NCBI GenBank assembly: GCA_033722275.1
Contig: JAWVZK010000001.1
Location: 1 to 52,694 of the forward strand
Reading direction: 5' to 3'
DNA from: Longimicrobiales bacterium
GTDB taxonomy: Bacteria; Gemmatimonadota; Gemmatimonadetes; Longimicrobiales; Gaopeijiaceae
DNA length: 52,694 nt
Below the pieces are notes generated by a model. The model saw nothing but the letters and a program-made list of their open reading frames with translations. It was not told the DNA's origin and made no database searches. A program made the translations under genes and the position numbers. This document shows positions 17,239-26,213 of the stretch, one piece after another (the stretch's first letter is position 1; each line of letters starts with the position of its first letter).

Positions 17239-19065
17239 ATGAGCGATCGCGACTACGCCGCCGACGACACGCCGGTGCCCGAATCCACCCTCGCCGAGCT
17301 CTTCTTCGAGGCGGTGGACCGGTTCGGGGACGAGGCGGCGTTCCAGCGCTTCGAGTCCGCCGAGCGTATCGTCGACATCTCGTACCGAGAGGCTCTGCGC
17401 ACCGTGCGACAGGTCGCGTACGCCCTCTCGGCCCGAGGCGTGGAGCGGGGCGACCGGGTGGCGATCCTGTCGGAGAACCGGCCCGAGTGGGCCTTGGCCG
17501 ACTACGCCTGCCTCTGCTCGGGCCTCGTGGTCGTGCCGATCTACCCCACCCTGACGGCCTCTCAGGTCGCGTACATCCTGGAGGATTCGGGGGCGTCGGT
17601 GGTCTTCGCCGCCGGCGCGGAGCAGGCGGGGAAGGCGCTGGCCGCCGGGAAGGAGATCTCGAAGCCGCTGACGGTGGTCACCTTCGACCGGACCTCGGTG
17701 GTGGCCACCACGCCCTGGGACCCCTTCCTGGACGGCGCCGGCGCAGGCGACCCGGACGAGTCCCGCACCGCCGCGCTCCCGGCCGAGCCCGACCAGGCCG
17801 CCACCGTGCTCTACACCTCCGGAACCACGGGGGAGCCCAAGGGCGTCATGCTGACGCACAACAACGTGGCGTCCAACGTGCGGGCCAGTCAGATGATCCT
17901 CCCCATCGGGCCCGACGACAACACCATCAGCTTTCTCCCCCTCTCGCACATCCTGCAGAGGATGGTGGACTACCTCTTCTTCTGGACGGGGTGCACCATC
18001 GGGTATCCTCGATCCCTGGATACCCTCATCATCGACCTCAAGGCGTTGAGTCCCACGGTGGTGGTCTCCGTGCCGCGCATCTACGAGAAGATCTACAACG
18101 GCGTCATGGACGCCGGTGGGGTGAAGAAGAAGCTCATCGACTGGGCGGCGGAGGTCGCGGACCGGGCCGCGGACGTGCGCTTGGCGGGCGGGGAGCCCGA
18201 AGGCCTCCTCGCCCTCCAGTACCGCGTCGCCGACGCCCTGGTCTTCTCGAAGGTGAAGAAGGCCGTCGGAGGACGGCTCCGTTTCTTCGTGAGTGGCGGC
18301 GGACCGCTGGCACCTGCCTTGAACCGCTTCTTCTACTCCATCGGCCTCACGATCCTCGAAGGCTACGGTCTCACCGAGACCAGCCCCGTCACGAACGTGA
18401 ACACGGAGGAGCACTTCCGTATCGGGACGGTGGGCAAGCCCATACCCGGGACCGAGGTCCGTATCGCCCCCGACGGCGAGATCCTCGTCCGCGGCCCCCA
18501 GGTGATGAAGGGCTACTACGCGAAGCCCGAGCTGACGGCCCAGGTGATCGACGACGAGGGGTGGTTCGCCACCGGCGATATCGGTGAGATCGACGCCGAT
18601 GGCTATCTCTCCATCACCGACCGGAAGAAGGACATCATCGTCACCGCCGGCGGCAAGAACGTCGCCCCGCAGCCCATGGAGAATCGACTCACCACGCACC
18701 CGCTGGTGGAGCAGGCCGTGGTCGTCGGGGACCGGAGGAAGCATCCCTCGCTGCTGGTCGTCCCGGCGTTCGGCCCTCTCGAGTCGTGGGCCGGGAGCGA
18801 GGGGATCCGGTGGTCGGATCGGGAGGAGCTCCTGAATCACCCGAAGGTGCTGGCCCACATGGAGTCCGAGCTGTTCGGGATGCTCGACGACTTCGCGTCG
18901 TACGAGCGACCGAAGAAGCTGGCCCTCCTCGACGCGGAGTTCACGGTGGACAACGGCTTCCTCACGCCGACCCTGAAGGTGAAGCGTCGGGTGGTCCATC
19001 GGGAGCTGGACGACGTCATCGACCGGTTGTACGACGAGGAAGCCGCCGACGTGACGGGCCCGTGA
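17239..19065 (+). CDS. Long-chain-fatty-acid--CoA ligase (AMP-dependent synthetase)
   Basis: AMP-binding motif LYTSGTTGEPKGVMLTH, then GYGLTETSP, TGDIGEIDADGYLSITDRKKD and the C-terminal ...LTPTLKVKRR.... Confidence 0.9.
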   Translation: MSDRDYAADDTPVPESTLAELFFEAVDRFGDEAAFQRFESAERIVDISYREALRTVRQVAYALSARGVERGDRVAILSENRPEWALADYACLCSGLVVVPIYPTLTASQVAYILEDSGASVVFAAGAEQAGKALAAGKEISKPLTVVTFDRTSVVATTPWDPFLDGAGAGDPDESRTAALPAEPDQAATVLYTSGTTGEPKGVMLTHNNVASNVRASQMILPIGPDDNTISFLPLSHILQRMVDYLFFWTGCTIGYPRSLDTLIIDLKALSPTVVVSVPRIYEKIYNGVMDAGGVKKKLIDWAAEVADRAADVRLAGGEPEGLLALQYRVADALVFSKVKKAVGGRLRFFVSGGGPLAPALNRFFYSIGLTILEGYGLTETSPVTNVNTEEHFRIGTVGKPIPGTEVRIAPDGEILVRGPQVMKGYYAKPELTAQVIDDEGWFATGDIGEIDADGYLSITDRKKDIIVTAGGKNVAPQPMENRLTTHPLVEQAVVVGDRRKHPSLLVVPAFGPLESWAGSEGIRWSDREELLNHPKVLAHMESELFGMLDDFASYERPKKLALLDAEFTVDNGFLTPTLKVKRRVVHRELDDVIDRLYDEEAADVTGP

Positions 19066-19069
19066 GACC

Positions 19070-19408
19070 GTGAGCGCCCCCGCCCAGGCGGTCGTCACGG
19101 CCGTCCTGACGACCGTCGCCGACCCGTCCGCGGCCCAGTCCCTCGCCCACCGTCTCGTGGAAGAGCGGCTCGCGGCGTGCGCCAACATCCTTCCTGGCGT
19201 GACCTCGGTCTTCTGGTGGGAGGGAGCGGTCCAGCGGGAATCCGAGGTGTTGGTCGTGTTCAAGACCACGGAGGCGCGCTACGCCGACCTCCGCCGTCGT
19301 CTCGAGGAGCTCCACTCCTACGACGTACCGGAGGTTCTCCGGCTCTCCGTGCCGGAGACTTCGGAGAGCTACCTGGCGTGGGTGCGGAAGGAAGTGGGGG
19401 AGTCGTGA
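19070..19408 (+). CDS. cutA: Divalent-cation tolerance protein CutA
   Basis: CutA1 pattern ...LAACANILPGVTSVFWWEGAVQRESEVLVVFKT...HSYDVPEV.... GTG start 4 nt after the ligase stop. Confidence 0.85.
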   Translation: MSAPAQAVVTAVLTTVADPSAAQSLAHRLVEERLAACANILPGVTSVFWWEGAVQRESEVLVVFKTTEARYADLRRRLEELHSYDVPEVLRLSVPETSESYLAWVRKEVGES

Positions 19409-20238
19409 CGCCCGGGAAGGGCGAAGGGGAGGGGCGTAGGAGAAGGGGCGGTGATCCGGGCCAGGTCGAGCTGCTCCCCGATCATGCCGAGCTCGTGCTC
19501 GAGATGGAGGAGGAGCCCCGGCGGTCCGCGGGACGGGAGGAGGGTTCGGAGGGAGCCGGCTCCGAGGACGTCGAGGGAGGGGCGGACGACACCGGCGTCT
19601 CCGGAGCGGAGCCGTCGCCGGTGGACGATCGGCTCGCCCGAGGGCGGGATCTCGTCCGATCGGGCCGGGTCCGGAAGGCCATCGTGGTCTACGAGGACAT
19701 CCTCGCGGAGGACCCCTCGAACCTGAAGGCGCACAACAACCTCGGAGCGCTGCTGGACGAGCTCGGCGAGCACGGGCGGGCCCTGGAGCACTTCGAGGCA
19801 GCCCTCGCCGTGGCCCCCCGGAATGTCGACGTCCTCACCAACTGCGGCGCGAGCCTCTCCGAGCTCGCCCGCTACGACGAGGCCGACGAGGTTCTCCAGA
19901 AGGCCCAGGAGCTGGCGCCCACCGACCTCCGCGCCCGCCTCAACCTGGGAATCCTCTACTTCCGGCGTGGTCTGTACGAGGAAGCGGAGGTGCGGCTCCG
20001 GTCGGTCTGCGAGGGAGAGCCCGAGACGGGCCTGGCTCATTACTACCGTGGCGAGGCGTTGAACCGTGTAGGGCGGTTCGACGAGGCTACGGAGGTCATG
20101 CAGAGGGCCGCCGAGCTGCTTCCGGACGATCCCAGGCCCTTCTACACGCTGGGTCACCTCTACGACCGGAAGTCGCTTCGGGCCGAGGCCGCGGAGATGT
20201 ACCGGCACGCCCGCGACCTGCAGGCGGCGGGCGCGTGA
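19405..20238 (+). CDS. TPR-repeat protein with an acidic, low-complexity N-terminus
   Basis: At least five TPR units from about residue 80 (...AIVVYEDILAEDPSNLKAHNNLGALL...). Start is uncertain: GTG 19405 (GTGA overlap with cutA), or a downstream ATG near 19504. Confidence 0.72.
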   Translation: MTPGKGEGEGRRRRGGDPGQVELLPDHAELVLEMEEEPRRSAGREEGSEGAGSEDVEGGADDTGVSGAEPSPVDDRLARGRDLVRSGRVRKAIVVYEDILAEDPSNLKAHNNLGALLDELGEHGRALEHFEAALAVAPRNVDVLTNCGASLSELARYDEADEVLQKAQELAPTDLRARLNLGILYFRRGLYEEAEVRLRSVCEGEPETGLAHYYRGEALNRVGRFDEATEVMQRAAELLPDDPRPFYTLGHLYDRKSLRAEAAEMYRHARDLQAAGA

Positions 20239-20266
20239 TCCGGCTCCCCTCGGGGATCGGGGCCGG

Positions 20267-20785
20267 ATGATCCACATCCATAGGGGCTCCGCCCTGGATG
20301 TGCAGACGGAGGCGGTGCTGAGAGCCATCCGGACGGATCTGAGCCCGGTGAGCCCGGCTTCCAGGGATCTGGGTCACGCCGCGGGGTCCATCGTCGAGGA
20401 GCACCTGGGTCGCCTGGGTTCACTGCCCCTGGGTGGCGCCGTGATCACCCCGGCCGGCGATCTGGCGTGCGACTTCCTCATCCACGCCGTGGTCATGTCG
20501 GACGACGAGGCTCAGACCTCGGCGACCGTGGTGCGAGCCGTTCGGAACAGCCTGCGCAGAGCCGTGGACTGGGGGGTCGGGTCCCTGGCCCTGCCGCCCC
20601 TGGGCATCGGTGTGGGAACCACGGAGCCGGAGGACGCGGCCCGGACGCTGGTGGAAATTCTTTCCGACCATCTGCACGAAGGGACGCCGCCTGGCGAGCT
20701 GACGGTGGTGGTCTCGTCCGACTTCGAGGAATCGCTCTTCCGGCGATTGGTCCAGGACTTCGGCGGCGACGAGGCGGGCTCGTAG
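20267..20785 (+). CDS. Macro-domain-like protein (divergent N-terminal loop)
   Basis: Collinear with YmdB/Af1521-type macro domains in GGAVITPAGDLACDFLIHAVV and SLALPPLGIGVGT. The usual VNAAN...GGGGVDGAI segment is instead LRAIRTDLSPVSPASRDL. Confidence 0.68.
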   Translation: MIHIHRGSALDVQTEAVLRAIRTDLSPVSPASRDLGHAAGSIVEEHLGRLGSLPLGGAVITPAGDLACDFLIHAVVMSDDEAQTSATVVRAVRNSLRRAVDWGVGSLALPPLGIGVGTTEPEDAARTLVEILSDHLHEGTPPGELTVVVSSDFEESLFRRLVQDFGGDEAGS

Positions 20786-21002
20786 CGCCTCGTCCGGGCG
20801 GGCGTCCCGGGACCTTCCCTCCCCGGGCCTCCCTCGTCACCCCCGGCACGGCCGTTGCACCGGAGGGGGCGCTGGAGCAGGATGGTCGCGTGCGCCGCAT
20901 CGTGGCGAGGAACCTGCTTCGAGCCGTCCCGTACGCCAATCGACGAACGCCACCCACAAGACCGGCCGACCCGCGCGCGGCGGGGCGCCGGAGAGGAGAT
21001 CG

Positions 21003-22550
21003 ATGCCGAAGCGGACGCTCGGGACGGTGATCGTCCTGATCTGGGTGGCGATGGCGGGATGGAAGGCCCGAGAGGAGTACTTCCAGCCCGAGATGGAGCG
21101 CCTCGCCGCCGCCGCCATGGGACTGGCGCCGGGCATCAACTTCTACACGTTGACCATGGGCGAGCGCACCGTGGGTCAGGCCACGTCCCGACTCGATACG
21201 CTCCCCGACGGCTTCGAGCTCGAGGATCTCATGAATCTCGAGCTGCCCGCGTTGGGGCAGACGGGCACGGCGGTGGCCCGCACGCACGTCAAGCTCAGCC
21301 CATCGCTGGTGATGGAGGCCTTCAGCTTCACCCTGGACAGCGAGGTCGGGCGCTTCGAGGCCTCGGGCGTGCTCGCTCCCGATACGACCCTGCAGGTGCG
21401 CATCGTGTCGGCCGACAGCGAGCAGACCCTCAGCTTCCGTCTTCCCCAGCCACCGGTCATGTCCAACGTCGTGCCGATCCGGGTCGCCATGGGCGAGGGC
21501 CTGGAGGTGGGCGAGACCGTGCGTCTCCCGGTCTTCGATCCGACGAGCCTCAGCACCCGCACCGTCGAGGTCGACATCCTCGAGCACGACACCCTCCTGG
21601 TCACCGACTCGGCGGCTCTGGGCCCCACCGGGCGGTGGCGTCCGGCCCGGTCCGACACCGTCCCCGCGTGGAAGATCGCCGAGACTTTCGGCGGCGTCCG
21701 CGTGGAGAGCTGGGTGGACGAGGACGGCCGGATTCTGCGTGCGGAGAGCGGACTGGGCTTCTCCATGGAGAAGACGGAGTACGAGTTGGCCCGCCAGGCT
21801 CAGGAAGATGCCCGCTTCGCCGGACCCTCGGCGGTGGACGAAGACGTCATCCTGTCCACGGCCGTCCAGAGTGACGTGGACTTCGACGACGTGGAGACCC
21901 ACGACGAGCTCCGGTTCCGCCTCACCGGGGTCGACCTCCGCGGCTATCAGCTCGACGGCGGGCGCCAGGAGCTGCGCGGGGACACCCTGATCATACGGCG
22001 CGAGCGGTGGGACGCCCTCGATCCCGAGTATCGGCTTCCCTATCCGTACATGGATCTGCGGAACGCCCTGCAGCCCGAGCCCCTGATCCAGAGCGACGAC
22101 CGGAGGATCGTCCGCCGAGCCAGGGAGATCACCGCGGCCAGGACCCGTTGGCGACAGAACCCGAAGGAAGTCGCCCGCCAGCTGACCACCTCGATCCATG
22201 CCATGCTGCACAAGAGCATCACCTTCTCGGTGCCCAACGCGGTCCAGGTCCTCGAGACCCTGCAGGGCGACTGCAACGAGCACACCGTCCTGTACGTGGC
22301 CATGGCGCGGGCCCTCGGTCTCCCGGCGAGAACAGCCGTAGGTCTGGTCTACGTGAACGGCGCCTTCTTCTACCACGCGTGGCCGGAGGTCTGGCTGGGG
22401 GAGTGGGTGGCGGTGGATCCCACCTTCGGTCAATACCCCGCCGACGCGTCGCACATCCGCTTCGTCGTCGGGGGCCTGGCCCAGCAGGTGGAGATCGTCC
22501 GGCTCATCGGCAACCTGAACATCGAAGTGCTGGGCGAGAAGGCTCAGTAG
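21003..22550 (+). CDS. Membrane-anchored transglutaminase-like (Cys-His-Asp) domain protein
   Basis: N-terminal TM (LGTVIVLIWVAMAGW). C-terminal transglutaminase core ...LQGDCNEHTVLYVAMARALGLPARTAVG...FFYHAWPEVWLGEWVAVDPT.... SD GGAGAGGAG before the ATG. Confidence 0.85.
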   Translation: MPKRTLGTVIVLIWVAMAGWKAREEYFQPEMERLAAAAMGLAPGINFYTLTMGERTVGQATSRLDTLPDGFELEDLMNLELPALGQTGTAVARTHVKLSPSLVMEAFSFTLDSEVGRFEASGVLAPDTTLQVRIVSADSEQTLSFRLPQPPVMSNVVPIRVAMGEGLEVGETVRLPVFDPTSLSTRTVEVDILEHDTLLVTDSAALGPTGRWRPARSDTVPAWKIAETFGGVRVESWVDEDGRILRAESGLGFSMEKTEYELARQAQEDARFAGPSAVDEDVILSTAVQSDVDFDDVETHDELRFRLTGVDLRGYQLDGGRQELRGDTLIIRRERWDALDPEYRLPYPYMDLRNALQPEPLIQSDDRRIVRRAREITAARTRWRQNPKEVARQLTTSIHAMLHKSITFSVPNAVQVLETLQGDCNEHTVLYVAMARALGLPARTAVGLVYVNGAFFYHAWPEVWLGEWVAVDPTFGQYPADASHIRFVVGGLAQQVEIVRLIGNLNIEVLGEKAQ

Positions 22551-22574
22551 CGGAACCCTGTCTGGAGGAGGACC

Positions 22575-23417
22575 ATGATGGACGCGAGGCCATCGGACGC
22601 GGCGGTCCTGGCGCCGCCGGCGGAGGAGCGTGCCCCCGGAGCGATGCTCGAGCTCAGGTCGGTCCGTAAGCGGTACGGTCGGTTCGAGGCGGTGAAGGGG
22701 CTCGACCTGACGGTCCGCCGGGGTGAGATCTTCGGTTTCCTCGGGCCCAACGGGGCGGGCAAGACGACCACGATCCGGATGGTCGCGGGGGTCCTTCGCC
22801 CCACCTCCGGCCAGGTGATCGTCGGGGGCGACGACCTGCGGTCCGCGCCGGAGCGCGCGAAGGCCCGAGTGGGGTACATCCCCGACCGGCCCTACCTCTA
22901 CGACAAGCTCTCCGGAGGGGAGTTCCTCCGCTTCGTCGCCGGTCTCTGGGGCCGGGAAGGGGCGGCTGTGGAGCAGCGGGCAGACCGGCTCCTGGAGCTC
23001 TTCCAGCTCGAGCCGTGGAAGGACGAGCTCATCGAGAGCTACTCCCACGGGATGCGGCAGAAGATCCTCATCAGCTCTGCGCTCATCCACGAGCCCGAGC
23101 TCATCGTCGTCGACGAGCCGATGGTGGGGCTCGATCCCCGCTCCGCTCGCTTGCTCAAGGATCTCTTCCGCACGTTCGCCGCACACGGGGGCACCGTCTT
23201 CCTCTCTACCCACACGCTGGAGGTGGCCGAGGCCCTCTGCGATCGGATCGCCATCCTCAACACGGGCCAGGTCATCGCTCTCGGCACGATGGAGGAGCTC
23301 CGGGCCCAGTCCGAGGCGGCCGGAGGCGCTCACCTCGAGGAGATCTTCCTGAAGGTGACGGGAGGCGAAGCGATGAGCGACATCGTCGACGGCCTTCGCG
23401 AGGCGATCACGACGTGA
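22575..23417 (+). CDS. ABC transporter ATP-binding protein (ABC-2 type)
   Basis: Walker A GPNGAGKTT, signature variant YSHGMRQK, Walker B LIVVDEPMVGLD. SD GGAGGAGG before ATGATG. Confidence 0.9.
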   Translation: MMDARPSDAAVLAPPAEERAPGAMLELRSVRKRYGRFEAVKGLDLTVRRGEIFGFLGPNGAGKTTTIRMVAGVLRPTSGQVIVGGDDLRSAPERAKARVGYIPDRPYLYDKLSGGEFLRFVAGLWGREGAAVEQRADRLLELFQLEPWKDELIESYSHGMRQKILISSALIHEPELIVVDEPMVGLDPRSARLLKDLFRTFAAHGGTVFLSTHTLEVAEALCDRIAILNTGQVIALGTMEELRAQSEAAGGAHLEEIFLKVTGGEAMSDIVDGLREAITT

Positions 23418-25117
23418 GTCGGACGCTCACCGGCACCCGTGTGGGACTCTTCTGGTTGCTCAGACCGAAGGTCCGGACGAAGCTGAATCGGGCGAAAAGC
23501 GACGAGGGTCGCCTCTTCAAGATCCTCCTGCTGGGTGTCGTCGGCACCTTCTTCTGGGGACTGATCTTCGCGGTCATCGTCCGGATGCTCCAGTACTTCC
23601 GGGGCACGCAGGGGATCGGTGACCTCCTGGCAGCGAAGCTCCTGGGCCTGGCCTTCCTCACCTTCCTGATGATCCTGGTCCTGTCCAACGTCATCACCGC
23701 GCTCTCCACCTTCTTCCTGTCCGAGGATCTGGAGTTCGTGGTCGCGGCCCCCGTGGAGGCGGAGACGGTCTACGCCGCGCGACTCCTGGAGACCATCGTC
23801 GACTCCTCCTGGATGGTGGGACTCCTCGCGGTTCCGCTGCTGATGGCGTACGGCGTGGTCTATGCCGCCGGACCGCTCTACTACCTGCTGGCTCTCGGGA
23901 CGGTGATCCCCTTCCTGATCATCCCGGCCGTGCTGGGCAGCGCCGGCACCCTGCTGCTCGTCAACATCTTCCCCGCTCGCCGGACCCGCGACCTGCTGGC
24001 GCTCGTGGGCATCTTCGCCGCAGCGGGTGTGGTCGCTCTGTTCCGCTTCCTCCGGCCGGAGCGACTCATGAGCCCGGAGGAGTTCAGCAGCCTGGTGGAC
24101 TTCGTGGCGGTTCTCAGGACCCCGACATCGACCTGGTTACCCAGCGAGTGGGCGTCCGAGGCGCTCATGTCCCATCTGAACGGCGTCTTCGAGTGGTTCC
24201 CCTTCGCCTTCTTGTGGGCCACGGCGGCCATGTGCCTGGTGGTGGGCGCATGGCTCCACCGACGGTACTACGACGGGGGCTTCACCCGGGCTCAGGAGGG
24301 AGCGGAACGCAAGGAAGGCCGGGTGCGCTCCCGCCTCCTGGATCGGGCGCTGCGACGGTCTGGTCCAGGCATCCGCATGATGGTGGCCAAGGAGGTGCGG
24401 GTCTTCTTCCGGGACACGACCCAGTGGTCCCAGCTGATTCTACTTGGCGTGCTGGTGGCGGTGTACGTGTACAACATCACGGTCCTGCCCCTCTACACAG
24501 GCGAGCGGGTCTCCTTCCTTCTCATCAACGCGGTCTCGTTCCTGAACATGGGACTGGCCGGGTTCGTCGTGGCGGCCATCGCCGCGCGGTTCGTCTTCCC
24601 GGCCATGTCCGTCGAGGGTCGGATGATGTGGCTGTTGGGCTCGTCGCCGGTGGACGTCCGAAGCGTCTTCTGGTCCAAGTACTGGGTGGGAACGGTCCCG
24701 CTTCTCGTGCTGGCCGTCCCGCTGATCGTCGGCACGAACGTCGTCCTGCAGGCCTCCCCCTTCATCCTGGGCCTCACGACCGTGACCATGATCGGGATCA
24801 CCTTCGCCCTCACCGCCATGGCGCTGGGGTTCGGCGCCCTGTACCCGAACTACGATACCGAGAACGTCGCCGAGATCCCCACCTCCTTCGGTGGACTCCT
24901 CTTCATGATGGCGGCCACCTCGTATCTGGCGGGCGTGGTGATCCTGGAGGCGTGGCCCGTGTACATGTATCTGAGCTCGCGCGCGGAGGGCGGTGAGGGG
25001 GAGGTGGGCGTCGTGCCCCTCTTGTTGGGCGTCGCGGGAGCCGCGATCCTGACGATCCTCGCCACCTGGCTCCCTCTTCGTCTGGGGATCAGGAAGGTGC
25101 AGTCCGTGGACTTCTGA
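23414..25117 (+). CDS. Multi-pass ABC exporter permease (putative ABC-exporter family)
   Basis: About 12 predicted TM helices and no soluble domains. GTG 23414 overlaps the ATPase stop (GTGA). The track start 23015 lies inside the ATPase gene. Confidence 0.75.
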   Translation: MSRTLTGTRVGLFWLLRPKVRTKLNRAKSDEGRLFKILLLGVVGTFFWGLIFAVIVRMLQYFRGTQGIGDLLAAKLLGLAFLTFLMILVLSNVITALSTFFLSEDLEFVVAAPVEAETVYAARLLETIVDSSWMVGLLAVPLLMAYGVVYAAGPLYYLLALGTVIPFLIIPAVLGSAGTLLLVNIFPARRTRDLLALVGIFAAAGVVALFRFLRPERLMSPEEFSSLVDFVAVLRTPTSTWLPSEWASEALMSHLNGVFEWFPFAFLWATAAMCLVVGAWLHRRYYDGGFTRAQEGAERKEGRVRSRLLDRALRRSGPGIRMMVAKEVRVFFRDTTQWSQLILLGVLVAVYVYNITVLPLYTGERVSFLLINAVSFLNMGLAGFVVAAIAARFVFPAMSVEGRMMWLLGSSPVDVRSVFWSKYWVGTVPLLVLAVPLIVGTNVVLQASPFILGLTTVTMIGITFALTAMALGFGALYPNYDTENVAEIPTSFGGLLFMMAATSYLAGVVILEAWPVYMYLSSRAEGGEGEVGVVPLLLGVAGAAILTILATWLPLRLGIRKVQSVDF

Positions 25118-25134
25118 CTGTCGGAGGTGAACCG

Positions 25135-25611
25135 ATGCTGAGCGCGATCAAGAAATTCTTCTCGTCGTCCATGGCGCCGGCGCCGGAAGCGGACCCCAGG
25201 GAGTCGGCGAAGGATCTGAGGCTGGCGGCGTGCGCCCTGCTCCTGGAGCTGGCCCACGCCGACCGGGAATTCACCGAGGACGAGCGTCAGCATCTGGAGT
25301 CGGCGGTCCGGCGGCAGTTCGGCCTGGGCGACGCAGAGGCGGCGAAGCTCCTGGAGCTCGCAGAGAAGGAGCGCGAAGAGGCGGTGGACCTCTGGCAGTT
25401 CACGAACCTCATCGCCGAGAACTACTCCACCGGCCAGAAGATGGTTCTCGCGGAGATCATGTGGGGGCTGGTGTACTCCGACGGTGATCTGGCGAGCAAG
25501 GAGGACTATCTCATGAGGAAGATCTCGAACCTCCTCCGCCTCGAGCCCGGCTACCTCACCGAGGCCCGGAAGCGGTACACCCGGACCGAAGAGGAGTCCG
25601 GGGAGGGGTGA
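25135..25611 (+). CDS. TerB-family (tellurite-resistance TerB-like, COG4103) protein
   Basis: ...DLRLAACALLLELAHADREFTEDERQHLESAVRRQFGL... and ...MVLAEIMWGLVYSDGDLASKEDYLMRKISNLLRL... match the two-repeat TerB pattern. SD GGAGGTG. Confidence 0.8.
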   Translation: MLSAIKKFFSSSMAPAPEADPRESAKDLRLAACALLLELAHADREFTEDERQHLESAVRRQFGLGDAEAAKLLELAEKEREEAVDLWQFTNLIAENYSTGQKMVLAEIMWGLVYSDGDLASKEDYLMRKISNLLRLEPGYLTEARKRYTRTEEESGEG

Positions 25612-25674
25612 CATCCTCCGGGAACTCGGGCATATTCCGAGGCATCGAGTCTCCAACCCCAGCCTCGCACGACG

Positions 25675-25821
25675 ATGAATCTCCTGCCTGGCGGCTACAC
25701 GTTCATCCACGCGGTCTTCTGGACTGTCGTCGCCCTCGTGGCCGTCGGCACCAACGCCGTCGCCATCATCCTGATCTTCGGCTTGGGCCTCCTCGTCGTG
25801 GAGTCACTCACCGGACAGTGA
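25675..25821 (+). CDS. Candidate 48-aa two-TM micro-protein (not in the ORF track)
   Basis: ATG 25675 to TGA 25819-25821 translates to MNLLPGGYTFIHAVFWTVVALVAVGTNAVAIILIFGLGLLVVESLTGQ. Strong GC3 bias. It lies between TerB and the operon terminator. No SD. Confidence 0.4.
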   Translation: MNLLPGGYTFIHAVFWTVVALVAVGTNAVAIILIFGLGLLVVESLTGQ

Positions 25822-25847
25822 GGCTCGATGGTGGTGCTTGGTAGGAC

Positions 25848-25880
25848 CGGCGTCCCTCCTCGGGGGGCGCCGTTTTCGTT
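25848..25880 (+). terminator. Intrinsic terminator closing the transglutaminase-ABC-TerB operon
   Basis: Stem CGGCGTCCC (25848-25856) / GGGGGCGCCG (to 25872), 9 pairs including one G-U. Followed by TTTTCGTT (25873-25880). Confidence 0.5.
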
Positions 25881-25910
25881 GGATCTTCCGTTCAGAGCAG
25901 GAACCTCCCC

Positions 25911-26183
25911 ATGTCTCTGGCTCTCCTCATCCTGACCGGCGTTCTCGGACTCGCCCTGGGCATCTGGCTCGGCCTTCCGGGACGCTATACGCAGACGCCC
26001 GACGAGATCGACCGGATCATGGAAGCGGGCGGGGGGCGTCGAAGGAAGACGAAACGGGTCTTCACCCCCATGGCCTGGATCCAGAGGAATGTCTCGAGCA
26101 GCGGGCCGTCCCGGGAGCGTCGGAAGAGCCGGGGACGTCGATCGGGCTTCAAGCTCGAGTCACCCGAAGAGGAGGAGCGTTGA
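25911..26183 (+). CDS. Small membrane protein with a basic C-terminal tail
   Basis: N-terminal TM (LALLILTGVLGLALGIWLGL) followed by an Arg/Lys-rich tail. Good GC3 bias. No family recognised. Confidence 0.55.
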   Translation: MSLALLILTGVLGLALGIWLGLPGRYTQTPDEIDRIMEAGGGRRRKTKRVFTPMAWIQRNVSSSGPSRERRKSRGRRSGFKLESPEEEER

Positions 26184-26213
26184 CGGGACTCCCCCGGGGA
26201 CTCCCTACTTCCC

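Noticed and set aside
15370-19269. Very long minus-strand ORF (1299 aa) spanning several plus-strand genes
   Set aside because: The Arg/Pro/Gly/Ala-rich translation has no recognisable motifs. It is antisense to clearly identifiable genes (SDR, OsmC, acyl-CoA ligase, CutA). This is the classic stop-codon-poor antisense frame of high-GC DNA.
20493-23333. 946-aa minus-strand ORF, plus similar ones at 26359..28689, 47753..49633, 3173..5335, 9858..11507 and 29176..31224 (N-terminal part)
   Set aside because: Same artefact: low-complexity R/P/G-rich products antisense to, or out of frame with, genes that carry strong family signatures. Only the C-terminal 271 aa of 29176..31224 (SIMPL) and the C-terminal 148 aa of 8587..9966 are kept.
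25608-25844. 78-aa track ORF between TerB and the terminator
   Set aside because: It has a GTG start and an Arg/Pro/His-rich product. The alternative frame (25675..25821) gives a coherent two-TM peptide with proper GC3 bias.
26184-26213. Direct repeat GGGACTCCC x2 with a central CCCCCGGGG palindrome between two convergent genes
   Set aside because: It is too short to be more than a possible bidirectional transcription stop. There is no U-tract and no further copies in the window.
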